From the IMG/VR virus record IMGVR_UViG_3300037961_006825, positions 1-64,000 of that record: a stretch of 64,000 nt of DNA, one strand, 5' to 3'. Positions 18,055-28,670 of the stretch are shown piece after piece; the stretch's first letter is position 1, and each line of letters begins with the position of its first letter. Source of the stretch: a virus. Both the position numbers and the translations under genes were made by a program. The notes beneath the pieces are model-generated. The model ran no database searches and was not told where the DNA came from. It saw only the letters and a program-made list of their open reading frames with translations.

Positions 18055-18602
18055 AGAACCGGTCCAGCACTTAACATTATATAATATTGTCTTCTAACAC
18101 CACCATTTAATATTTCAATAGGTAATAGCGAAGGATTAAAAGTAGTCAACTTATGATTAGGAAATCCAAGTTCCTCATCACCATTATTAGCTGTAACTGA
18201 GTGAGTATACATTTCAAATTCTTTTACCATAGCTATATTTTGACCAGGAAAGTCTGGCATACCAGATACAAATGCTGTTGTAGTATTTGGTTCTACAGCT
18301 AAAACTGGGTTAAAAAGTGGTGTCTGATCATTAGGTTGCGCGCATATAGCAACTGTAAATGTATTATCAAGGATTGCAGCTGGTTTAAAAAAGGTATCAC
18401 TAACTATAGATGATATTCCTCTTATTCTTGTATCGTAACTAGAGAAAGCTACTGCAAATGTAGTGTTCTCTAAACCAATAACGAAGTTATCAAAATCTAA
18501 TGTTGCAGTTGAGTTAGGAGTTTGAATTAATAATAAATCTCCCGTGTTAACTTCGTTAATAAGAGGTAACTGTTTTATACTTATATCTTGTGTTGACATC
18601 AT
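18051..18602 (-). CDS. probable virion protein
   Basis: ISIKQLP..GDLLLI N-terminal motif common in phage fibre proteins; TAAATA upstream. Confidence 0.55.
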   Translation of the reverse strand: MMSTQDISIKQLPLINEVNTGDLLLIQTPNSTATLDFDNFVIGLENTTFAVAFSSYDTRIRGISSIVSDTFFKPAAILDNTFTVAICAQPNDQTPLFNPVLAVEPNTTTAFVSGMPDFPGQNIAMVKEFEMYTHSVTANNGDEELGFPNHKLTTFNPSLLPIEILNGGVRRQYYIMLSAGPVL

Positions 18603-18626
18603 AATTATTTATTATAAAATATATAT

Positions 18627-19460
18627 ATGTCAAAGATTGGATTAGGAATAGTTACCTGTGACCGACCAGATTTTTTATCAAAATGTATAGAAGGCATTGA
18701 TCTTGACCTATTTCATCGTCGCGTTATAGTAAATGACGGTAAAATGCCAGTAAAACATAATCGTTTTAATATTATTAATAATGAAGAAAATTTAGGGGTT
18801 GGCAAGTCAAAAAATAAAATATTACAAGATTTATACAATAATGATTGCGATTATATCTTTTTACTTGAAGATGATATGATTGTACACGACAATATAGTAT
18901 TTCAAAAGTATATAGATGCATCTAAAAGATCAGGTATACAACATTTCAATTACGGTCCTGGCTCTCCATTCAATAGAAAACAAAATGTAGCTTTTGATTT
19001 GCATAATCGACATGAATTAGATCAGCATTCTGATCCTGTACCACGAAAAATTATTGATTATGGTAATAATGTAAAGGTTTCACTTTTTACCCATACAGTT
19101 GCAATGTTTTCGTTTTTTACGCGTAAGTGTATAGAAGAATGTGGATATTTAGATGAAGATTTTTATAACGCGTGGGAGCATGTAGATCATACTTATAGAA
19201 TAGCAAAAGCTGGGTTACACCCTCCATTTTGGTGGTTTGCTGATATTTATAATAGTCACGATTTAATTAGTGAAGCTCCGCAAGCAATTGATAAATCCTC
19301 TATTGCAGAAAATAAAGAACAGTGGGAAAAAAACGTTTTTGGTGGTATAGAAATATATAAAAAGAAACATGGACATGTACCTAATCAACCTCCTTTAGTT
19401 AATGAATCTGAAATACCAAGTATTTTAAAGGAAATAAAAAATAAATATGCAACAAGATAA
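18627..19460 (+). CDS. GT2-family glycosyltransferase
   Basis: IVNDG, NLGVGKSKN, LLEDD, GYLDEDF, EHVD. Confidence 0.85.
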   Translation: MSKIGLGIVTCDRPDFLSKCIEGIDLDLFHRRVIVNDGKMPVKHNRFNIINNEENLGVGKSKNKILQDLYNNDCDYIFLLEDDMIVHDNIVFQKYIDASKRSGIQHFNYGPGSPFNRKQNVAFDLHNRHELDQHSDPVPRKIIDYGNNVKVSLFTHTVAMFSFFTRKCIEECGYLDEDFYNAWEHVDHTYRIAKAGLHPPFWWFADIYNSHDLISEAPQAIDKSSIAENKEQWEKNVFGGIEIYKKKHGHVPNQPPLVNESEIPSILKEIKNKYATR

Positions 19461-20367
19461 ACCAAAAGATCCTTCTATTAGTATTGTAATGACTCATTTT
19501 AATAGAGCTCATCTATTAGAAAGAACATTACATACTTTCACGTATAATAAAACAAGAGATTTTGAAATAGTTATTGTAGATGATGCAAGTGAGACTGATG
19601 AGTGGGAAAAGTTAATAAATTTAATTAGTGAATATAAACAACATTTTAAGTTTAGAGTTTTTAGAATTAGAGAAAATAGTAAGTGGTATTCCAATCCATG
19701 TATACCTTTTAATATTGCATTAAAACAGGCTAAAGGTAAAATTATTATAATACAGAATCCAGAATGTTTACATGTTGGCAATATTATTGATTATGTGCAT
19801 AAACGACTTGATGCATTTGATTCCGACGAAGCTATTCCACATAGAAAATTTATGTCTTTTGCTTGTTATAATATTGATAAGAATCAAACCGAGTCATTAG
19901 CTCCTAACCCTACACCAGAAGAGGTTTTAAAAACTATTAACCCGGTAAATAATAATCCTATTACACATTGTGAAGAACCGGGTTGGTATGATCATTCTAA
20001 ATATAGACCTTTAGCATATCATTGGTGCAATGCAATAGCAAATGAAGATTTTAAAAAATTAAAATATTTCGATGAGAGATATGCTTTTGGTACAGCTTAT
20101 GATGATGATGAATTAGCATGGAGAGTTAAAAAACTATTATACTCATATAATGAAGGTATTAATAATCCTTTAGTAGTGCATCAATGGCACGGTTTGGGTA
20201 ATTATTATAAAAATCCTAATCAAGCAGAAAATCAAATGAAACAAGATTACAATCACAAGTTTTATGAAACAATTACTAAAAGTGAACAAAGAGGAAAATA
20301 TAATCCTGATAATATAAGAAATGATTTATCTGAAAAAGTAGAATATGATATAGTATCAGGTGTATAA
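19447..20367 (+). CDS. GT2-family glycosyltransferase
   Basis: SIVMTHFNR, EIVIVDDAS, FDERY..YDDDE, HQWH. Confidence 0.85.
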   Translation: MQQDKPKDPSISIVMTHFNRAHLLERTLHTFTYNKTRDFEIVIVDDASETDEWEKLINLISEYKQHFKFRVFRIRENSKWYSNPCIPFNIALKQAKGKIIIIQNPECLHVGNIIDYVHKRLDAFDSDEAIPHRKFMSFACYNIDKNQTESLAPNPTPEEVLKTINPVNNNPITHCEEPGWYDHSKYRPLAYHWCNAIANEDFKKLKYFDERYAFGTAYDDDELAWRVKKLLYSYNEGINNPLVVHQWHGLGNYYKNPNQAENQMKQDYNHKFYETITKSEQRGKYNPDNIRNDLSEKVEYDIVSGV

Positions 20368-20370
20368 ATT

Positions 20371-21420
20371 ATGAAAAAAACAATAGTTACAGTTACAGGT
20401 ATTAGACCAGACTTTATACGTATGTCAGAAGTTTTTAAAAAACTTGATAAAGATTTTAATCATATATTAGTACACACAGGTCAGCATTATGATAAACTTC
20501 TTTCAGATGTATTTTTTGATGAACTTGATATAAGAAAACCTGATTATAATTTAAAGATTGGAAAACCGGGCGCTGAACATTTTCACCAATCAGCAGATTT
20601 ATCTGTTAAATTAATTGAATTACTAAGAAAGATAGGTAATGTAGATTGTGTAGTATTTTTAGGTGATTCAAATTCTGTATGTATAGCTCCTCAACTTAAA
20701 AAGGAAGGTTATAAAATAGCTCATATAGAAGCAGGTATGAGATCATATGATAAAAGAATGCTCGAGGAAGTTAATCGAGTAGTTTGCGATCATTGTAGCG
20801 ATTTTCTTTTCGTGTATCATGATAATTATAAAATAAAACTTTTCTATGAAAAAATAAATGAGCATATCTATACAGTGGGGAATACTATTGTTGAAGTTTT
20901 GAAAAAAGTTCATAAAAATAAGAAAAAGAAAACTTCTGATTATATCATTCTTGATATACATAGACCAGAGAATTTTAAATATAGAGATAGACTTATACAT
21001 ATATTAGATTTTGCAGATAATTTTAATTTACCGGTAAAGTTTTTAAACTTTAAACGAACTATGCAATATATAAAAGATTTTGAAATAGATATGAGTCTAT
21101 ATAAAAATATAAAAATTATTGATTTATTATCATATAAAAAATTTATTGATTTGCAGTATAATGCATATTGTATAATTAGTGATTCTGGTACAGCTCAAGA
21201 AGAACCGGCACTACTTAAAACTCCTGTTATAGTACCTAGAGATTATGCTGAAAGACCTGAATCAGTTGAATATGGATGTTCAATTGAAGTTAATGCTAAT
21301 AAAATTATACAGGTAGAAGCAGCAAAAAGTTTTATTGAAAATTATAACCCTAATATTGAATGGTTAGGAAATGGAAACACTAGTCAATTAATAGTAAATA
21401 AATTAAAAGAAATTTTATGA
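20371..21420 (+). CDS. wecB: UDP-N-acetylglucosamine 2-epimerase (non-hydrolysing type)
   Basis: GIRPD, HTGQHYD, HIEAGMRS, EEVNR, HRPEN, SDSGTAQEE, ERPE. Confidence 0.9.
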   Translation: MKKTIVTVTGIRPDFIRMSEVFKKLDKDFNHILVHTGQHYDKLLSDVFFDELDIRKPDYNLKIGKPGAEHFHQSADLSVKLIELLRKIGNVDCVVFLGDSNSVCIAPQLKKEGYKIAHIEAGMRSYDKRMLEEVNRVVCDHCSDFLFVYHDNYKIKLFYEKINEHIYTVGNTIVEVLKKVHKNKKKKTSDYIILDIHRPENFKYRDRLIHILDFADNFNLPVKFLNFKRTMQYIKDFEIDMSLYKNIKIIDLLSYKKFIDLQYNAYCIISDSGTAQEEPALLKTPVIVPRDYAERPESVEYGCSIEVNANKIIQVEAAKSFIENYNPNIEWLGNGNTSQLIVNKLKEIL

Positions 21421-22208
21421 ATAGAAAAAAGATAATAGGCTTCGGTCAGATGAGAAATGAGAGCGAGAATGGTAACCTAGAAAATTGGTTTAAATGTATG
21501 GAGCCTTGTGATCATATCTATATTTTTGATCAAGCGAGTACAGATAATAGTAAAGAAATCTATGAAAAATATAAAGATAGAACTACTGTTATATATAGTC
21601 CGACTAATAGATTTACCGAAGAACTATTATGTAAAGATGAATTATATAGATTAATGTTAAAGGAACATCCTGATGTAGATTGGGTATTATGGTTAGATGG
21701 GGATCTATTACTTGATGGAAGATTATTAGTAGATGATAATCTACAAAAATTATGTCATAAACTTGATGAAGCGAAAGTAGACCTTCCTTGTTTTGGTCAT
21801 TATAATTTATGGAGATCAGATAAATGGTATAGGAAAGATAATGCTTACCATGATTTACATATGCATTGGTTCCCTTTATGGGGTCAACCGCAAAATAAAT
21901 GGTTTGATAGACAACCTGGATTACATCACGGACAAGTACCTCAAGGTACAACTAAACATGCACAGGTTGATGTTAACGTGATTCATTTCGGGTTTAAAAA
22001 TGAAGAAAAAATTGTTAATAAATATTTACACTATAAAAGTTTAGGGCAATCTGGATGGGCATTAGATAGATTAGTTGACGAAAGTACACTAGATGTCGGT
22101 GAAGTCCCGAGTCATATATATCCGAAATGGTTTAAAATAGAAGACGATCAATCACCTTTAAATAAACCAAAATTAATAGATAAATACAAAGAAAAAATAT
22201 TTAGTTAA
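21417..22208 (+). CDS. GT-A fold glycosyltransferase
   Basis: MRNE, DQASTD, WVLWLDGD, IHFG. Confidence 0.75.
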   Translation: MNRKKIIGFGQMRNESENGNLENWFKCMEPCDHIYIFDQASTDNSKEIYEKYKDRTTVIYSPTNRFTEELLCKDELYRLMLKEHPDVDWVLWLDGDLLLDGRLLVDDNLQKLCHKLDEAKVDLPCFGHYNLWRSDKWYRKDNAYHDLHMHWFPLWGQPQNKWFDRQPGLHHGQVPQGTTKHAQVDVNVIHFGFKNEEKIVNKYLHYKSLGQSGWALDRLVDESTLDVGEVPSHIYPKWFKIEDDQSPLNKPKLIDKYKEKIFS

Positions 22209-22210
22209 TT

Positions 22211-23707
22211 ATGAATATTACTACTTTAGGTCATGCAGGTCTATGGATAGAAACAAAAGATCTTAAAGTTTTATGCGATCCATGGCATTTTAAAAACCCA
22301 GCTTTTTTTAATACCTGGCATGTTTATCCGGATAATAGTAACGTAGATTGGGATCATATACTTGAAAAAACCGATATTGTTTTTGTATCTCATGTACATA
22401 AAGATCATTTTGATGAAAAAATATTAACTGATTTATTAGAAAAAAATAATGACGTAAAAGTATTATTACCAGATTTTAGATTCTGCGAACTTAAAAAAGA
22501 TTTCGAAAAAATTGGATATAAAAATTTTATTATAAAAGAATACAAAAAGGGAGATACCACAATAGTAACGTATCCGTCTGAAACTATCGATAGGGAAAGA
22601 GAAGATAGTAGTATTTGTGTAAATGATGGTAGTAAAACTTTTTTAAATTTTAATGATTCTACTATAACCCCTGAACATAAAGATAATATAATAAAAAGAT
22701 TCAAAAAAATTGACTGGGCTGCTGGTCAATTTTCCGGAGCTAACTGGTGGCCTTCATGTTATGAATATAATGAAGATAAAAAACTTGAATTAATTTTATC
22801 ATATAAAAAACGCAAGATTGATCATTATAAAAGAATGATTGATTATTTAGGGGTTAAAAAAATGATACCAATAGCTGGACCTCCTTGTTTTCTTCAAAAT
22901 AATTTAAATGAATTAAACTATAGAGAAAATAAGAAAAGTATATTTTTTGATAATTGGGATGTACCTGAATTTAATTTAATGAAACAAGTATATAGAACAT
23001 TACCTGGTGATAGATATACTTTTTCATCCATAAAAGATATTAAAGATAGACCATTCGATAAAGAGGAATTTATTAAAAATAATTTATACGATTTTAATTA
23101 TGATGTATCAAACGATGAAATAAAAAAAATTGATAAAAAAATATTTTCTTTATTTAGCGATTTATTATCAAATAATACCTGGTTAAGCAAGTATATTAAA
23201 TGTAAAATTTACTTAAATGTAGAAAATTATAAAACTTTTTGTTTAGATTTTAAAAATGCAAAAGTATCTACAGAAGACGAAATTATTAAAAAAGGAATTT
23301 ATTATATTATAAATTTTAAACAAAAAGTAATTTACGATTTACTTTTTAAAAATATAACTGATTGGGAAGAAGCATTTTTAAGTTGTACATGTACATTTGA
23401 AAGAAAACCTGATTTATATAATCCATGGATATTATCATTTTTTAGAAATCTTAATAATGATAGATTACAAAAAATATATGAAATAACCCAATCCAGTGAA
23501 GTATTAGAAGGTAAAATGATAGTTGGTGATTATGAGGTAAATAGGTATTGCCCTCATCAACAATATGATTTAATGTATCATAGTAAAATAGATCTTGAAA
23601 ATGGGACTATACAGTGTTTAGGACACGGTTGGAAATGGGACTTAGAAACCTGTGAAGGTATAAATTGTGCTGCAAAAATTATTTGTAATAGAATAATACG
23701 TAAGTAA
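22211..23707 (+). CDS. NamH/CMP-Neu5Ac-hydroxylase-like enzyme (MBL fold plus C-terminal Rieske)
   Basis: LGHAG, CDPW, SHVHKDHFD, QFSGANWWP, AGPPCFL, Rieske CPH..CLGHGWKWDL. Confidence 0.8.
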   Translation: MNITTLGHAGLWIETKDLKVLCDPWHFKNPAFFNTWHVYPDNSNVDWDHILEKTDIVFVSHVHKDHFDEKILTDLLEKNNDVKVLLPDFRFCELKKDFEKIGYKNFIIKEYKKGDTTIVTYPSETIDREREDSSICVNDGSKTFLNFNDSTITPEHKDNIIKRFKKIDWAAGQFSGANWWPSCYEYNEDKKLELILSYKKRKIDHYKRMIDYLGVKKMIPIAGPPCFLQNNLNELNYRENKKSIFFDNWDVPEFNLMKQVYRTLPGDRYTFSSIKDIKDRPFDKEEFIKNNLYDFNYDVSNDEIKKIDKKIFSLFSDLLSNNTWLSKYIKCKIYLNVENYKTFCLDFKNAKVSTEDEIIKKGIYYIINFKQKVIYDLLFKNITDWEEAFLSCTCTFERKPDLYNPWILSFFRNLNNDRLQKIYEITQSSEVLEGKMIVGDYEVNRYCPHQQYDLMYHSKIDLENGTIQCLGHGWKWDLETCEGINCAAKIICNRIIRK

Positions 23708-23741
23708 TTGATCTTCAATTTTTAGTTTTTAAATAATAGTA

Positions 23742-24488
23742 ATGATAAAGAAAAACGTTGAAATAATTACCTTAATTTATAAAAGTGTAGACTATTTACG
23801 TTTCATTGTTGAACAAATGAAATCAGATAGATGCAAAGCAGAAGGTTGGGATGTAGGTATAAGAGTTGTAGCTAATGATGCAACGCCTGAAGTTTTAGAT
23901 GAACTTAAAAAATTAGATATACCTTATACTATTCATAATAACTTTTGGACTAATGAATTTTATCTTAATAAAGTATATAGAGCATATAATTATGCAGTAA
24001 TAACTAGTGAGTATGATAATGTAGTTTTAATTAATTCAGATTATGTTATCGGTGAAAACTTTTTAACTAATTTATTAAAACATCACGATGGGGTAAATAT
24101 ACCTTGTGGTAGACTTATTGAAAGTGGTAAGATGCCTTCAGGTGAAAATGCTATTAATATGGGTCAGAATGATTTTGGTAGATCTCCAAAAAATATTGAT
24201 AAAGAAGGTTTTGACAACTGGGTTAAAAATAATGCAGAAGATAAAACTTTACCAGGTGGGTTGTTTATGCCAGTTGTATTAGAAAGAAAAACATTTATCG
24301 ACAGTTGCATGTACCCTTTAGGTAATATATATCATAACGGTATAGGTACTGCAAACTTTGGTGGAAAATATGTGCAGTCAGGTGATGATTTTTATTTTAA
24401 AAGAGTTTTAGCTAAAAGAGGTATGAAACATATAACTGTTTGCGATTCATGCGTCTATCACATTATAGAGGGTGAAAAAGACGAATAA
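23742..24488 (+). CDS. GT-A fold glycosyltransferase-like
   Basis: VVANDAT, YRAYN, LINSD, SGD, VYH. Confidence 0.65.
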   Translation: MIKKNVEIITLIYKSVDYLRFIVEQMKSDRCKAEGWDVGIRVVANDATPEVLDELKKLDIPYTIHNNFWTNEFYLNKVYRAYNYAVITSEYDNVVLINSDYVIGENFLTNLLKHHDGVNIPCGRLIESGKMPSGENAINMGQNDFGRSPKNIDKEGFDNWVKNNAEDKTLPGGLFMPVVLERKTFIDSCMYPLGNIYHNGIGTANFGGKYVQSGDDFYFKRVLAKRGMKHITVCDSCVYHIIEGEKDE

Positions 24489-24991
24489 TGATTAGACATG
24501 AAGAATTTATAGAAGCTATTGCAGTTATTAAAAGACCTAAATCATATTTAGAATTAGGATTATACCAAGGTGATACTATCAATAGAATATCAAAATATTT
24601 TAAAAATAAAGAAAATATTGTTGGGGTTGATATGCTTCTTGAACCTATAATAGATGGTACGTTTCATAAAATGTCTACTGATGATTTTTTTAAACAAAAT
24701 AAAAAAAACTTTGATATGATTTTTATTGATGCTGATCACAGATATGAAAGTGTTAAAAAAGATTTTAAAAACTCTATAAAAATTTTAAACCCAGGTGGTG
24801 TAATTTTATTACATGATACTGACCCAGAGAATGATAATTTATTTAATGACGGTTATTGTGGCGATTGTTATAAAATAGTAAAAGAATTAGAAGAGGATGA
24901 AAGATATAATATAACAACATTACCTATCGAAGAAGCTGGGTTATCAATTGTAACAAGAAAAAATGAAACGAGAACACAAATAAGAAAATGA
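24488..24991 (+). CDS. class I SAM methyltransferase (Methyltransf_24-like)
   Basis: YLELG, FDMIFIDADH, LNPGGVILLHD. Confidence 0.85.
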   Translation: MIRHEEFIEAIAVIKRPKSYLELGLYQGDTINRISKYFKNKENIVGVDMLLEPIIDGTFHKMSTDDFFKQNKKNFDMIFIDADHRYESVKKDFKNSIKILNPGGVILLHDTDPENDNLFNDGYCGDCYKIVKELEEDERYNITTLPIEEAGLSIVTRKNETRTQIRK

Positions 24992-25911
24992 AAGGTTGGT
25001 TAGTACACGATTACATGACATGTATACCTAATACTAGAACATTATGGTATGATTTAGTTGATTGGTTACCACATTTAGAAGATAAGTGTAATAATGGAGA
25101 GTTAATGAGACTTCCAGAACATGTTGACCAACTATTAAAGCATAATGAAGAACCAGATTATGTAATCCGCAATGCATCCTATTGGCCTACATATGCTTTT
25201 TCTAAATCTAAAATTATTTCTATTCTCCAAGATTTTAGAGATGAACCAACTCTAAAGCAATGGCAACTTGATGTTTGTAATGGTAGTGATAAAGTTATAG
25301 CAGTTTCTAATTATGTAAAGGAAAAATTTTCTGATGATATTGATAAAGAAAATGTAGAAGTTTTACCTATCGGTACAGATTTTAATTTTTTTAAACCGCA
25401 AGAAGTAGATAATGAGTTTGATATATTACCAAATTCAATTTTATGGATAGGAGATTATAATAATAATCCAAAAGGGTTTGATATATTAAAACAAATAATT
25501 AAAAATACTAACTATAATTTTTGTATAGTTTTAAAATCAAATATAAAATTTGAACATAAACGTATTAGATGTTTCAATAGAATTTCTCATGAAAAATTAG
25601 TTAGAATTATGAACAATTGTAAAGCAGTTTTATGTACTAGCAGAGAAGAAACATTACATTTATCATCAATAGAAGCTGCAGCTTGTAACCTACCAGTTAT
25701 AACATCTAATATAGGAATACATTATAATGTTAAATCAGGTGTATGGGGGGAAAATGTACCAACTTTTGATTATAATGACTATATTACTTCAATAGATAAG
25801 GTTTTTAATAATATAAAAAATTATACACCAAGAGATTATTTTAATGAAAGATATAGTATATCTGCATTAAAAGAAAAATGGTTAAAAATGATTAATGAAG
25901 TTATTGATTAA
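24988..25911 (+). CDS. GT-B (GT4-like) glycosyltransferase
   Basis: IAVS, IGTD, KGFD, EETLHLSSIEAAACNLPVI. Confidence 0.85.
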   Translation: MKGWLVHDYMTCIPNTRTLWYDLVDWLPHLEDKCNNGELMRLPEHVDQLLKHNEEPDYVIRNASYWPTYAFSKSKIISILQDFRDEPTLKQWQLDVCNGSDKVIAVSNYVKEKFSDDIDKENVEVLPIGTDFNFFKPQEVDNEFDILPNSILWIGDYNNNPKGFDILKQIIKNTNYNFCIVLKSNIKFEHKRIRCFNRISHEKLVRIMNNCKAVLCTSREETLHLSSIEAAACNLPVITSNIGIHYNVKSGVWGENVPTFDYNDYITSIDKVFNNIKNYTPRDYFNERYSISALKEKWLKMINEVID

Positions 25912-25938
25912 TCGTAAAAGTATACTATAATATAATAT

Positions 25939-26892
25939 ATGAAAATTTTAGTAGTAGGTGGAGCTGGTTATATAGGCGGATATTTAGTTGATCAACTAAT
26001 TGAAAAAGGTCATGAACCTATCGTATATGATAATATTCTTTATGAAGATCGTTATTTAAAAGATGTACCTTTTATTAGAGGTGATATAAGAGATACGTAT
26101 AAATTAGTTGAAGCTGCTGAAGATTGTGATGTAGTGGTTTTAGCTGCAGCGTTAGTTGGAGACCCAGCTTGTAGTGTTGATAAAAATCTAACTGATAGAA
26201 TTAATTATCAGGCTATTAAAAGAGCTTGTGAAGATTTACCTAAAGATATACATGTTATTTTTATGTCAACTTGTTCGGTATACGGAGCTCAAGACGATGT
26301 ATTAGATGAAGAAAGTAGTACAAATCCTTTAAGTGAATATGCAGTTACTAAGTTAAAAGCTGAAGATCATATTAAAGAGAGAAACGGTACTATCTTTAGA
26401 TTAGGAACGGTATATGGTGTAGGCGATGCAATGAGTAGAATAAGATTAGACTTAGTAGTAAATGTTTTAACTTATAATGCAATAAAGAATGGAAACATAA
26501 CTGTAAACGGTGGAGATCAATGGAGACCTATTATTTCAGTAAAAGATATATCAGGGTATATAATTGAAGCGGCACAAAGAAAACCTAATGATACCTTTAT
26601 TCTCTCTTATGAGAATACTACTATAAAACAATTAGGTGAATTAGTTGTTAAAGAGTTACCTGGTACAGAAATAAAATATACTGAAATATCTTTTCAAGAC
26701 GCACGTAATTATAAAGTATGTGCTAAAAAAGCAGAAGATTATTTTGATTATATGGCAAAATGGTCTCCTGCAGAAGAAATTAAACAGATGGAAAAAATCT
26801 TTAGAGAAGAAAGATTAAAAAATCCGGATGATGAAATTTATAGTAATGGTAAATATCTTGCAGAGTTAAAACGAACAAATGGATTTAATTAA
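25939..26892 (+). CDS. NAD-dependent sugar epimerase/dehydratase (SDR)
   Basis: GGAGYIG, VGDPAC, STCSVYG, YAVTK. Confidence 0.9.
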   Translation: MKILVVGGAGYIGGYLVDQLIEKGHEPIVYDNILYEDRYLKDVPFIRGDIRDTYKLVEAAEDCDVVVLAAALVGDPACSVDKNLTDRINYQAIKRACEDLPKDIHVIFMSTCSVYGAQDDVLDEESSTNPLSEYAVTKLKAEDHIKERNGTIFRLGTVYGVGDAMSRIRLDLVVNVLTYNAIKNGNITVNGGDQWRPIISVKDISGYIIEAAQRKPNDTFILSYENTTIKQLGELVVKELPGTEIKYTEISFQDARNYKVCAKKAEDYFDYMAKWSPAEEIKQMEKIFREERLKNPDDEIYSNGKYLAELKRTNGFN

Positions 26893-26893
26893 T

Positions 26894-27115
26894 ATGAGCG
26901 CGCACTTAAAAGCAATAGTAAAAAAACTAGAAGGCCAGCGAGACATTGAGCTTGCTGATTTAGATACCTACTTAACAAAGCAGGTAGCAATTGGTGAACA
27001 TCCTGATATAGGTGTTGAAATAGAAAAGAAAATTGAAAAAATTGATGAGTTAGATTCAAAAATAGATACAATTCAAAAATATTTTAATAATAGTCAAATG
27101 GAATTATTAGGGTGA
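26894..27115 (+). CDS. small conserved phage protein
   Basis: VAIGEHPDI motif; start probably at the second Met (track start 26879). Confidence 0.6.
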   Translation: MSAHLKAIVKKLEGQRDIELADLDTYLTKQVAIGEHPDIGVEIEKKIEKIDELDSKIDTIQKYFNNSQMELLG

Positions 27116-27534
27116 ATGAAATAAATGAAATAAAAGGCGGCGTTGCTGTTGATGATAGAGGGTCGGTTAGATTTGTAAATGATTTTGACTTTAAAAATGT
27201 AAAACGCTTTTATCAAGTCAGTAATCATAAAGAAGGTTTTATTAGAGCTTGGCATGGTCATAAAAAAGAAGGTAAGTATGTTTATGTTGCAAAAGGTTCA
27301 GCTTTAATCGGAGCTGTAAAATTAGACGGTACTAATAATCCTCATAAATTTATACTATCATCTCAATCGCCGAAAGTTATTTATATACCACCTGGTTATG
27401 CAAATGGATTTAAAAATTTAGAAGAAGATACCATTGTTCAATTCTTCTCTACTTCAACCTTGGAGGAAAGTTTAGGAGATGATTATCGATATGATCACGA
27501 TCATTGGAATATTTGGGAGGAAGATTATAGATGA
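27112..27534 (+). CDS. RmlC-like cupin sugar epimerase
   Basis: DDRG, RAWHGH, IPPGYANGF. Confidence 0.82.
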   Translation: MNEINEIKGGVAVDDRGSVRFVNDFDFKNVKRFYQVSNHKEGFIRAWHGHKKEGKYVYVAKGSALIGAVKLDGTNNPHKFILSSQSPKVIYIPPGYANGFKNLEEDTIVQFFSTSTLEESLGDDYRYDHDHWNIWEEDYR

Positions 27535-28382
27535 ATATATTAGTTTTAGGTGCAAAAGGAATGTTAGGTAGATATGTTGCAACATATCTTAATAAAAATA
27601 AAGATTATCAAATTTATTGTACTGATAGAAGACATTTAGATGTCTCTAAAGTAGATAGAGATGATATATTATCACAACTTATGTTTCCAGAAAATGGTAA
27701 GGATATAAAAATTGATTTAGTTATAAATTGTATTGGTATGATTAAACCTGTAATTGCTAAAACTTCTATGAGTGAAGCAATAAAGGTTAATACTTTATTT
27801 CCACATTTAGTAAGTGAAGTATGTAAAGAACATGATATTAAATTTATACACGTAACTACTGACTGTGTATATACAGGTAGTTTGGCAGACTTTACTTTAG
27901 GTTATGATGAAATGGATATACATGATGCTGAAGATGATTACGGTCTAACTAAATTTTTAGGTGAACCAAAAAATTGTACTGTTATTAGAACATCTATAAT
28001 TGGTGAAGAAGTTGGTCAATCTCGTTCATTAATTGAATGGATAAAGAATCAAAGAAACGGTAAAGCAAATGGTTATACTAATCATTATTGGAATGGAGTA
28101 ACTTGTTTGCAGTTTGCTAAAATTGTTGAACGTATGATTGAAACTGATAATTTTTGGGAAGGTACTAAACATATTCACTCTGATGCTGTTGATAAATTTC
28201 AGTTAGTAGAAATGATAAATAAAATTTATAATTTAAATATTGAAGTTACTCCAGTAGAAGGTCCTTCATTTTGTAATCGATCGTTATCATCAGTATACGA
28301 AGATACAGAAAAATTAAATACTGAAACTTTAGAAACACAAATTAAAGAATTAGCTAAATTTTCGGATGAACTCTATGCATGA
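27531..28382 (+). CDS. rmlD: RmlD-like dTDP-4-dehydrorhamnose reductase
   Basis: GAKGMLG, TTDCVY, YGLTKFLGE, RTSIIG. Confidence 0.85.
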   Translation: MNILVLGAKGMLGRYVATYLNKNKDYQIYCTDRRHLDVSKVDRDDILSQLMFPENGKDIKIDLVINCIGMIKPVIAKTSMSEAIKVNTLFPHLVSEVCKEHDIKFIHVTTDCVYTGSLADFTLGYDEMDIHDAEDDYGLTKFLGEPKNCTVIRTSIIGEEVGQSRSLIEWIKNQRNGKANGYTNHYWNGVTCLQFAKIVERMIETDNFWEGTKHIHSDAVDKFQLVEMINKIYNLNIEVTPVEGPSFCNRSLSSVYEDTEKLNTETLETQIKELAKFSDELYA

Positions 28383-28578
28383 AACCAAAACTCGTTCTAT
28401 AACGAAAACCGTAGCATGGAGAATAGTTGCAACACTTAATAGTTTTTTAGTATTAGTATTTTTTAGTAATATTTTAACTTCTAATTTAGGTAAAGCTATA
28501 ATGATGAATATAACCGGATTTTTTATCTATTACATTTATGAACGAATCTGGAATATGATAAAGTGGGGTAAAGAATAA
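28375..28578 (+). CDS. DUF2061-like membrane protein
   Basis: ETKTRSITKTVAWR..YERIWNMIKWG; start at the second Met (track start 28366). Confidence 0.75.
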   Translation: MHETKTRSITKTVAWRIVATLNSFLVLVFFSNILTSNLGKAIMMNITGFFIYYIYERIWNMIKWGKE

Positions 28579-28670
28579 TGGATTTTGAATTTTTAATGAA
28601 AATATTTTTATTTGCATCAGTATCAATTATTATCTTAATGATGTATTTCAATAATGATAATTTACTATGA
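28578..28670 (+). CDS. 30-aa membrane peptide (not in ORF track)
   Basis: TAATG coupling; MDFEFLMKIFLFASVSIIILMMYFNNDNLL. Confidence 0.5.
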   Translation: MDFEFLMKIFLFASVSIIILMMYFNNDNLL

